This document shows positions 26,160 to 36,251 of a DNA stretch of 64,000 nt, piece after piece. Numbering within the stretch: the stretch's first letter is position 1; each line of letters opens with the position of its first letter. A program made the position numbers and the translations under genes. The notes beneath the pieces are model-generated. The model had not been told where the DNA came from. It ran no database searches and saw only the letters and a list, made by a program, of their open reading frames with translations. The DNA comes from Alloascoidea hylecoeti (taxonomy: Eukaryota): NCBI GenBank assembly GCA_001600815.1, contig BCKZ01000001.1, positions 788,613 to 852,612 on the forward strand, read 5' to 3'.

Positions 26160-26520
26160 GACTCATTCATGACAGATAGTTAACTTTCCTTTTCAGGAGG
26201 GATTGACTGAGGAATAGACGGATATTCCACTGGAACCAAAAACTTACTAGACTTTCTAATTTCCGCAAGAATACAAAAAACCAGTCTCGTCTGAATTATA
26301 GATAGTACATGACTTCTATTACACTATATAACCATTTGAATCAAGTCTGTCTAAAAGGGCCGTTACTCATTGGTCATTAACATTATCCCCATTATACCCA
26401 TTTGTTGTTTTTGATATCTGTCAGCGTAAAATTGAATTACGTCGTGTCTAGATCTAGATACATTCATCAAGGAAAATAATTGTGCAGTATCTGCAGCTCT
26501 ACTATCTCTTATCTTCCTCA
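26160..26520 (-). pseudogene. Second pogo/Fot1 transposase relic, same family as 21600-22460 and inverted relative to it
   Basis: IYNSDETGF (26303-26277); about 95 nt (attagaaagtc...tctattcctc...cctcct) visibly align with 21893-21987. Confidence 0.75.
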
Positions 26521-27918
26521 GAAATCGAAAGCTTTTTTTTCGTTTTATTAGATTTCTTAATTGGATTTTTATTCAATTTATTTCTTAGGGAAGACCTGGG
26601 AACGGCGAAGTATTTTTCAATCCTGTTACGGCCTTTTCCCTCTTGAATTAAGTTTTTCTATTTGGCATATAGTTGATTAAAACGTTAACAAAATCAAGTT
26701 TTATGCGTTCGTGGAGGGGTAACTTACAAAATTTCTCTTGGCTGTATTTGTAGCTATAGTGATCTGGTCTTTGTAGATATTCCTTTTTGAAACGTCTCCT
26801 AGTCAAAAAAAAAAAAAAGAAAGATAACCAGCCAGCTAGCTAACGTTATAAAGCTTATATAGCTAATATTTTATATTCAAATTAATTCAATACAAAAAGA
26901 TCAATTAAGTTGTATATGGATTTCATGCTTATGTATATCAAAATACCTAATTACCAGGGCTAGCTCTAGCTATGTAATTAGATCTTATATGCAATTAATA
27001 TTGTTCATTATATAATTACTAATTGCAAGCGCATTAAGCATTTTAAAACAAAAAGGGATCCATGAAAAGCATCATCTAATGATATCGATTGCGATACCAG
27101 TTGGATCCGGAGACTGGAGTGTGTTCTTACGAAATCATATCTGAGGTACCAGTATAGCCCATTAACTTCTTTTCGAGGCTTGAATTCTAATTATATTAAT
27201 AGCTCAGCCATTCTGAGGAGGCAAAGAAAGAAAATCTAAAAAGTAGTTCAAAGCACCCAAACTTTAGATTTTACCCCGGAACGTGTTAACGTTGGAGTAA
27301 ACTTTTAAATTGTGAAAGCCTATCCAAACTAAATTCTTGGATGAGACATGTTAATTTCAGATACTATAGTGGTGTCCAGAATGTTGAAGTTAAGTCATAG
27401 CTAGTATAATCTTTAAACGTGACAGTTTTTAACAATATACGTAATAATTTATTAATTATTTTAATTTTTAATCCGTTTGATAGGAGTCTAGGTTAAATGT
27501 ATATCGAATTTCATCGTAAGATTCAATTGGATGGATCAACACTAATTGCAAGTTTTATAGGGCTGACTGTGTAACATTATAGGTCGGTTTGGATGTTCAC
27601 GAAGAATTATGACACAGGCCAAAGGTTTCGTTATTATACACAGATGTTGATGTTTATTTACAGTAAGGACTGTAACTGTAAGGGGCAAAGTTAAGCATTG
27701 CCAAGCCTTTTGGAATACATAACAGTTTTGACAGCCAAGTCTGGAATTGATGGCAGGGTGCATAACTTAACTAGCTTTATAGCCCATTCTCAATATAATT
27801 TATAATAATGTGACCCATGCTCAGTTCGAATCTTATATAAATACCCCCTATTCTTCCTACATCTTATTGTCTTCCCAATCGATATCTTATTATCTTACAG
27901 AATTATCTACTTACCAAC

Positions 27919-28214
27919 ATGAATGTATGCTCAACCTACTTTTATACTACGATGAAAACCAAATTATAACCATTTAATTACTTCTAGCAACAAGGATATG
28001 GCCCTCCTCCACAACCAATATATGTCCAACAGGCCCCTCCTCCAAGAGAGCGTGGTTGTTGTGCTGGATTGTAAGTAATAATTCAAAATTAGTCTCTCCT
28101 GGCAGCTTTATTCGTATAGCTAACAACTTCATATTTCGAGTTTTTAGCTTCGCAGCACTTTGTTGTTGTTGTGCAATCGACGGGTGTCTAGACTGTCTTG
28201 ACTGTTGCTGTTAA
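27919..28214 (+). CDS. 51-aa CYSTM (cysteine-rich tail-anchored) peptide; exons 27919-27924, 27988-28070, 28148-28214
   Basis: Spliced product MNQQGYGPPPQPIYVQQAPPPRERGCCAGFFAALCCCCAIDGCLDCLDCCC*; introns GTATGC..TAG and GTAAGT..GCTAAC..TAG; TATATAAA at about 27834. Confidence 0.88.
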
Positions 28215-29697
28215 ATCAATGGCGTCAGCCAGATGTTCATAAATTAATATTACAGTTATCATTTTCTATCTGCTTCTACTCTATAATATACTAATCATGA
28301 TAAAATATAATTTAATTTCAAATGCAATTATCCCTAGATAAAATAAACCTATACGATCACTGGCACTTAAAAAGAAATGATAATGATTTTACTCTAGTTA
28401 ATTATAAGTTATTATTTTAAAAATTGTTTAAATTATATGATAATAATTTATATATTTCTTGAAAACTTTCTATTCGTATAGTATAATATAATATAATACA
28501 TGTAATCAAAAACTTTCTATACAAAATTAGATAAAATATTTGATTGCAATTGAACTTGTATCATTCAATCGCAACATTATTACCATTAAGCTTCTAATGG
28601 TAATAGCTAAAGCTTGAGCTTAAATTCTTTGGGCCTCTCATAGCCGTGGCAATTTAAATATACTTAAGTGGTATCAATAATGAAAATTGATTATGAGCAT
28701 TATAACAATTACAATTATTTACACCCACTCATATGATATAACTTATATGCAGCACAAATGAATTCACAAGTCAATAGCCAAGCTAGTGCTAGACATTTTT
28801 AATTTCAACCTTTTGTAAGGTACAATATAGTCTTTTCTAAAAGAGAGAGCCCAATTCTTGGCTCATAATTTGTTGAAATTAGTATAGATATTTCTAAGAA
28901 AATCAAAACTGATAGTTAAACGCAATTTGTTTGATACCTATAATGTAATTAACATTGACTTTATGCGGTGAAGAGGGTTAAACCCTAAAATGGAGGATAA
29001 ATTATGATGTTTACACTATAATAATTTCCCTCAATTGCAATTGAAAGTAGAAAGAAAGATTAAAGGAGATTAAAGGAGATAATTTTTATATCCAACAGTT
29101 ACTTTCAACTTTCAAAACCTTACTTATCTATTTCAACTATTTTATAATTATATATTTAATGTGTCGCACCTTACAATGATGTTGCAGTGCCACTTGATCA
29201 TGGCTACCTAGTATGAAATTGAATCTCTCAGGCCATTAACCAAGCTATAGTAATAATGGAAGTTTTACAAAACTTTCAACTTATACAGAGTCACAGGATA
29301 TATTTTGAGGTTCAAAACGGAGAGATTCTAATTTTAATTCATGTTATACCTTAAAATTATGCAATTGGTTACATGTAATTACGTTGCGATTGTTCTTAGA
29401 CACGACTAGCTACTTGAAATTGACCTGATTATAATATAGCTTCTAACTTCTGCGTGGCAATTAATGTTTGTGTAGTAGTTTCCACTCAAATTATCATTGA
29501 TACACTAAATATTAGATCATATTATGTACTAAATAATCGGATAAGTTGAAGAATAAATTGTAATCAAAGTGACCAATTATTATTTTATAAAATGGCCTTA
29601 ATTAAGTGGATACGAGAATTATAAACAAACACCCATTCATCAAACCCACCACCATCAACAAAACATTTTTCATTATAATCAAACATTAATTTTGATT

Positions 29698-32600
29698 ATG
29701 TCTTCAGATTCAAACTATTCCAAGTCTGATGGAAAAGACACCCGAACTCCTAACAAATTTTCATTTTCCACGGCTGCGTTGGGTGAGTTGAATTCACTTA
29801 ATCAGTCAACACCTAATGAAACTGGGCATGGAATTGTTACTGGTGGATCTAATTTCAATACATTCAAAATTACAACTAGTAATGAAAACAATAATTTTTC
29901 TGGAAATAGCATTGAAAAGGATAATGGTATAAAGACAGTATCGGTCTTTGATAAACCAGCTTCCTCTTTCTCGTTTAATAGCAGTAATAATAATAAACAG
30001 GTAAACGACAGTAAATCTATGAAAAATACCGGTCCTTCATTATTTGATTCAAATAAATTTCCTCCTGCAAATTCAATTATAAATACTACAAAATCAAATT
30101 CTCAAAATCCCGGTAAGCTAATCTCACTTTTTGATCACGGACCTAAAAGTGTATTTGGTACTGTATCATCTTCAACTTCTCTTATAAAGGATAACAATAA
30201 TTCAGACTTAAACCAAAAGAATTCTAATAATGGTGATAATGAAGAACTCGAAGAACCGAGAAATGTTGGCTTTCCATCATTTGCTTCTTCAATCACTCCT
30301 TTTAACCCAAATTCTGCGCTAAATAGCACAATAACGGTGAATGATGAGGATGGCGTCATTGATGATGAGGAAATGATCGATGATTTAGACTTTTTAGAAG
30401 ATGAAGATAAAGACCCTCGGTTCAGTAGGTTTGAGGGGTCAATTATCCCTTATGGTAGATTGGAGGATTGGAGTGTCGATTCAAAAAGAACATTAAAATA
30501 CAAATTAAACCCAGCTTCTTTAAATGGCATTGCATGGATTTCATCAAATGATAATGAAAGATCAGTAGCGGTATTTGATGAAGAAAAACAATTCTTTACA
30601 AACGAAGTTCCAGGATTTGATGGTAGTGATGAATATATTTCTTTTATTTCAAAATCATTTAAAAATTTCCATACTATAAATGAAGACTTCAGAAAGGCTA
30701 AAAATCAAATTGAGATTGGTATTTTTAATTCAAATTCAAATTCATCTTTAACTAATCAAAGAGCTGAATCATTTGATAAGGAATTATTCTTACAAAGATA
30801 TTTTCGTGATTTACTAGATAATGTTGAAGTTTTAAGAGATTATAAAATGCAAAAATCTGAAAATTTAAAAGATGATTTTGATCCATTAGTTTCTAGAACT
30901 GATGATTTAATCGAAATTTATAACATTTTATCATGTCTTTATGCCACAAATTTTTCATTCAATAATGAAGTGCCTGCACTCGTTTCTTCGTGGATCAATA
31001 GAGCTGATCCAGATCCTTCTGATGAATTAGTTAACGAAGTCATCACTTATAATGTTGAATGGAGGGATGATGAACCAACTGCTTTACCGTTATTACACTA
31101 TTATTTCTGGCCATTGGTAAATAAGTTATTAATCCGGGGAATGGTTAGGGAAGCACTTGCATTTTTTGAAAAGTCAGGCTATGAAATGGTTTTATTTGAA
31201 ACAGATCCACAACTGTTAGAATTGTTTAGTTATCTAATTGACTTATTACGCGCTTATCCTCATAATCAAGGTTCATCATTAGATTTTAGAAAATGGAAAT
31301 CTTCGGCTTTAGGTTTAGGTAAAGAACTTATACAAACTGAGCCATCAAAAGTAATTACTTCAAAAGGTAAACAAGTTAAAATGGGGTTAAAAGAAGTTTT
31401 CAATATTTTAAGCGGCGATACAGCTTCAATTTTATCAGCAAGTGACACTTGGTACGAATCATTGTGTGGTCTTTTGTATTATCATGATCCAACAAAATCA
31501 AGATTAGATGAATATTTTAACAAATCTATTGAAGCACATCCAGTTGATCAAACTGCATTAGATAATTGGGAATTATGTTGCTATAGAGTTCTTAATGGTG
31601 AATACCTACGTGTTCTTTTAGCATTGCAAGCTAGAGACCTGGGAATATCATGTTATACTGCTCAACTACTGCTATTAAAAGGCACACTTGATGACTACTT
31701 TACGACGTTCAATGAACAAAAATTGAAGAAATTAGTATCCTATGGCAATGATGATACTTCTATGGAAGACCAAGATCTATCAGTTTATGAATATTTGATT
31801 TTAGAGCATGCTCTTGCATGTAGTAATTCACCCCAATTGATTAAAATTGGGATTGAATTACTCTTTCATTTATATACAGAATACGAAGAAAACGATGTTT
31901 ATGAAAATGATTCAGAACTCGTCGAAAGAAAATTACAATCAATATCAGAAACAATTGAAGAAATAATCTATCATTTTTATGTCGATGCAAATGTGGACTT
32001 AAATTATATTTTTAATACTCTAAATAGACTATACCAATTAAGATCTGATTCAAAACAATCTTTAAAATTATCTATTACTCTAAAACAGGTTTATAAAATT
32101 TTAGCGAAAAGGTATTTAGATTCAATTAAAGTGTCAGACGGCCTATCAAAAAATGAATTCTTTTATAAATCAATGATTCTCTACTATAAGAGTGAAGATT
32201 TTGGCACAATACGATATGAATGCTGGAAAATTTTTGAGAATCTATTAATTCGAAATCAAGTGGTAAATGATACAAAAATTGCGAGGTTGTTGCAGATTGA
32301 AGATTCTGATTCAAGCGGTATATATGACGATGATGGTGCTGAAGAAGATGATGATTATAATTATCCATTATCAAAGGTGCCTTCATTATTAAGTGAATGC
32401 TTGGCACCATATGCTATATTATATGAATATTTTAAAACTAAAAAATCTGGCGATTATCTACAGGCATCTAAAAGTTTATTCAAATTACTAAAGTTTAAAT
32501 ATTTGCCGAAGAAATATTTCTTGATAGTTTTGGATAGGTTCATTTCAGAATTGGAATTATGTCGGGAGCTAACAGATAAAATCAAACATAATAAATTTTT

Positions 32601-32910
32601 ATCGTTTAGTAATGAACTTGTTGCTATAATTGGTTTATTGAATAAATATGAATCAATATCCTCCAAGCAATATAAAAGTTACCTAAAACAACAAACTAAA
32701 AAACGAATTGCTAATTCCTCAAATTTAAATAACTCTGAATTGGTGGTATCAAGAGAAAAAGAATATACCATTGAGGATATTGCATATTATAATGAATATT
32801 TGAAATATAAAACCAAGTCAAATAAAATTATTAAAAATACAAAAGAGGTTGTTACCCACGCAAGAATACTTATTTCAAATGAAGTTTCAAAACATTTCTT
32901 AGTTGAATAA
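29698..32910 (+). CDS. NUP85: Nucleoporin Nup85 (Y-complex) with long low-complexity N-terminus
   Basis: WINRADPDPS.E, FWPLVNKLLIRG, F.KWK, I.SGD...I...S.TWYE.LCGLL.Y..P; first ATG at 29698. Confidence 0.85.
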   Translation: MSSDSNYSKSDGKDTRTPNKFSFSTAALGELNSLNQSTPNETGHGIVTGGSNFNTFKITTSNENNNFSGNSIEKDNGIKTVSVFDKPASSFSFNSSNNNKQVNDSKSMKNTGPSLFDSNKFPPANSIINTTKSNSQNPGKLISLFDHGPKSVFGTVSSSTSLIKDNNNSDLNQKNSNNGDNEELEEPRNVGFPSFASSITPFNPNSALNSTITVNDEDGVIDDEEMIDDLDFLEDEDKDPRFSRFEGSIIPYGRLEDWSVDSKRTLKYKLNPASLNGIAWISSNDNERSVAVFDEEKQFFTNEVPGFDGSDEYISFISKSFKNFHTINEDFRKAKNQIEIGIFNSNSNSSLTNQRAESFDKELFLQRYFRDLLDNVEVLRDYKMQKSENLKDDFDPLVSRTDDLIEIYNILSCLYATNFSFNNEVPALVSSWINRADPDPSDELVNEVITYNVEWRDDEPTALPLLHYYFWPLVNKLLIRGMVREALAFFEKSGYEMVLFETDPQLLELFSYLIDLLRAYPHNQGSSLDFRKWKSSALGLGKELIQTEPSKVITSKGKQVKMGLKEVFNILSGDTASILSASDTWYESLCGLLYYHDPTKSRLDEYFNKSIEAHPVDQTALDNWELCCYRVLNGEYLRVLLALQARDLGISCYTAQLLLLKGTLDDYFTTFNEQKLKKLVSYGNDDTSMEDQDLSVYEYLILEHALACSNSPQLIKIGIELLFHLYTEYEENDVYENDSELVERKLQSISETIEEIIYHFYVDANVDLNYIFNTLNRLYQLRSDSKQSLKLSITLKQVYKILAKRYLDSIKVSDGLSKNEFFYKSMILYYKSEDFGTIRYECWKIFENLLIRNQVVNDTKIARLLQIEDSDSSGIYDDDGAEEDDDYNYPLSKVPSLLSECLAPYAILYEYFKTKKSGDYLQASKSLFKLLKFKYLPKKYFLIVLDRFISELELCRELTDKIKHNKFLSFSNELVAIIGLLNKYESISSKQYKSYLKQQTKKRIANSSNLNNSELVVSREKEYTIEDIAYYNEYLKYKTKSNKIIKNTKEVVTHARILISNEVSKHFLVE

Positions 32911-32914
32911 ATCG

Positions 32915-33830
32915 CATAAAACAAAATATATAAGCTATATGTTATACTACTTCTCACATCCATGTTATTCTATGGCCAGGCTCAATAAACTTATATATCT
33001 TTATCTTTTGATTTTAGTTTTGATATCACTTAAAATATGTTAAAATATGATATAAGAGTAGACCTAAAACCTCCGAAGAGTCTAAACTCATTACACACAC
33101 CTTTTCCAAACCTATAATCCGTAGCCCTTTTCACACCACCACCAACAATGGTAAAGTACAAAAGAAACCTCAAAGCTCTTTCATTAAGAGACAAGGAAGT
33201 GGCGATACCAAAGGCTATGGCAAGAAGGCATTCTGAGCCCAATACGTCATTCAAATAGATTGCAAGCGATCCCCCGTAGATCGAATGAATGGTGGACAAT
33301 CTGTATCACAGCAGCTAAAGAAGTATACCAAAATTTGACAAACGCTGTAGAAAATAAATTAATTAATGAGCTATTCTGTTATGCAAAAAAATAAATTAAA
33401 AGGGGGGTGGAGTGGCGGCCGACAAAAAACTGCTTTTGGTGAGCCCCTGTACCCACCATCAAAAACCCAACCAATAACGCCAGTACTGGCCATTATGCGA
33501 GTGTTAATTGGGTAGATTGCTTCCTCAAGAGGAATCCGAGAATTTCTATTCCAAAAACAAAGTGATTAAATGCATATCGATTAATCTATCTTAATAGTAA
33601 TAAAAAAGACCTTGAACGGTGATGTAAAGGCTCTGGGCGCTGAGCGAACAATAAACAGTTCAATTTCCAGACCCCGAGTTCTTTCAAAATAAAATGAGAC
33701 AATTAAGAAACGGTAGTAAAAGCAAGGCAACGTTGCTCAATGAGAATCCAATACAGGTAAAAGGAAAAGCTTCTCAAAGTAGAGATGAACACGATCAAAA
33801 ACCGGATGAAAAAGAAGAAACACTCTAACG
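32915..33830 (-). ncRNA. Large structured non-coding RNA, candidate telomerase RNA
   Basis: TATA 33898-33891; nested long-range helices; CAUUCA/UGAAUG bulged stem; H-type pseudoknot 33231-33119; cUUCGg hairpin 33080-33071; Sm-type AUUUUG 32927-32922. Ends approximate. Confidence 0.65.
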
Positions 33831-34239
33831 TTGAATTAAATACAGAAGAAAGTGTAAAAAAATATCAGAACAAGTTATTAGGATAGGTAGTTTATATACA
33901 GAATATTTAGTAAATTCATATTTTTTGTATTGTTGGTGGTTGTTTTATATAGTAAACACTTTGTTTTTGGATTGTGCAGAAACTTTGGGTCTACTCTTAA
34001 ATCAATAATTATAATCATAGCTATCTATAATTGGAAATATATAATTATATATACATATATTGTATGATAATAATAAAAGTATCATTCAATAGTACCTAAA
34101 ATATCCAAGGTTTCTTTGGATGTAACGTTTCTCAGTGCCCTTGTTCTTTTTATAAGCTTTAAAAAACTTGGTAAAGTCAAAAAGAAATCGTCTCCACACT
34201 GTCCACAGTGAGGTCCACACTTATTTATGTGTACCCGTA

Positions 34240-35995
34240 CACTCGGATTAACATATAATCAACTGAAATAGGTGCAATAAATTATACGGCAAGTTCAAGT
34301 GTGCAACACTAAGTGAGGCTGGGGGGCTCTAAAATAATGGAAATTTAATTGATTAAGCTTATATAATTAAGTGGAGTACAGTCTCAGAAAATCCGAAATA
34401 TGCATGTGTGTTTTTCCGGGTATTATAAGCTGTGGAGGGTGGTCGGAAAAACGTATCTGATATGTGTTAACTTATGATTATAAATCAATATATATTATAT
34501 ACCTATATAGCTTATAATTAATAAATAAACTCATAAATATTTTAAAAATATTAATTATTACTATATAAGTAGATCATATGATCCAAGGGCCGACGAAAAA
34601 TGAATTGAAATTGGGTGAATTAGATCTAGATAATTTAATACCCGGATTAATACTATTATTTTGAAATTTTTAATATAGATCTGCAACATTAATATTAGTT
34701 ATAACGTTATCGTAAATGTTTCCATTTCTAATATTTGTACTCATATACACCCGGGTAAGTTTCTCTTTAGAAATCTTGCCGTACCAATCGAACATAAATA
34801 TTTAAGTAGCCCGTCAGTCTGGTGACTCTAGTGATATCATATGTAACAAGGTACTGTACAATGGCTATAACATCAGAAATTCAGAATCAATAGAAAATTT
34901 TCATTTTTCAACATAGGGTGATAATATTTATCTTTTATGTATACTTTACAATTGGCATCTTCAATTCTTACAAATGGGAATTCTAAAATACAAAAGGAAA
35001 ATAAATCCGAGCATTTCAAGCTTTTAATTAAGTTCTAATCAATTAAAATAAGTAGCACCCAAATCTTCCTGGAACTCTTTTTTCATTTTAAATTTTGTTC
35101 TTACTCCATGTCCAAAATCTTTCCCATGGGGAATATTTTGTTAGCAGCCGTAGTACTTTAGTCAAAGATATGTCTACGTATATCTTGTTATAGCTATATA
35201 ATATTACGTTTTATCATATATAGTTATATAAAAGCATTGAAAGGTGCTAAATTAATTGCAGTTGTAATTAGTAATTACGTATAGGCACGAATAAGTCAAA
35301 AATATATATTGCTATATAGTTATAATATCTATACAAGCATGAATATATAACTTATATAAGGTTATAGGCTTATATGACCATTGACCAGCAGAGAACTTAT
35401 AATCTAGAAAATTAGTAGAAATATATAAAATTTTAGATGCATAATAAATAATGTTACAGCAGTTTGGATTATCAATTTGAAAGCTGAGGCGGTTTGTAAT
35501 GACCTATATCTTGAATATTATTATAAGGCTGACATTCTAAACTATATATTAATACTAATTATATGAGCCTTGCTATATATCTTATATACAATGCATGTAG
35601 ATACATTGATTTATTCTCCTTTATAATTCATGTCTTTCTCAAATAGTATAGTATTTAAAAGGTTTGATACAGATCCAGATATAGCGTCTAGCAAAATTTT
35701 CAAGTTCCATATAGTTTCTGAGACTTAACAATATTAATGTAGTTACATCTTCAGACGAGCATTGAAGTAAGTTAATTATTGTTGCAATTGTTCTGCAGCG
35801 GGACTCCGGATTAATTATATTAAACCTGCAGAAAAGAATGCGGCAGGTCTCGCGAGGCTGTTCCGAAAAGTCCTTGTACTTCCTCGCCTAGAGATAAATT
35901 GCCTATTTAGTTATAGTGCTTCTAAGTAATGATTATAAATTATAAAAGTTATTCCGATGAATATTATTTTTTTGTATTATTAACCGGATAATCAT
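34240..35995. promoter_or_regulatory. Glucose-responsive promoter of HXT copy B: multiple Rgt1-type CGGANNA and Mig1-type SYGGRG sites
   Basis: CGGANNA on either strand near 34244, 34412, 34444, 34643, 35807, 35859, 35950, 35985; GCTGGGG at 34318. Confidence 0.55.
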
Positions 35996-36111
35996 GTTTT
36001 TCCTTTAAGGTATCATTTTGTGGAGTGATGTAGAACACATATGCACATGTGGGTGATGGATTATGGATCAATAGTAATTGTATTTCCTCATAATTTAAGT
36101 TTTGAAATCTA

Positions 36112-36151
36112 TATAAAAGTCTATAAAAGTCTATAAAAGTCTATAAAAGTC
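36112..36151 (+). repeat. Four tandem copies of TATAAAAGTC (multiplied TATA box)
   Basis: Exact 10-bp unit x4 ending 100 bp upstream of the HXT ATG at 36252. Confidence 0.9.
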
Positions 36152-36251
36152 GATTCCCATTTCTTATTACACATCAGACTTTGAATTATCAATAGCTAAT
36201 TACTTTATATACTTTCAAAGTTTAAGAAAAAAACAGCTGCGCTAATTTATA

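Noticed and set aside
27823..27832. B-box-like AGTTCGAATC suggesting a tRNA
   Set aside because: No cloverleaf or A box; I found no tRNA in the window.
33030..33105. Hairpin followed by ACAUAU, as in an H/ACA snoRNA 3' end
   Set aside because: No H box before the hairpin, no snR30 m1/m2 motifs, and pairing continues further 3'; kept only as an alternative.
33030..33299. 89-aa minus-strand ORF
   Set aside because: TTG start, no recognisable motif, and it lies within the structured RNA.
33420..33460. ACAGGGGCUCAC resembling the RNase MRP/P CR-V motif, and an ACAGA/UCAGA P3-like loop at 33305-33230
   Set aside because: No matching CR-I/P4 5' strand and wrong order; the CR-V-like segment is part of a local hairpin and the P3-like strand overlaps the pseudoknot.
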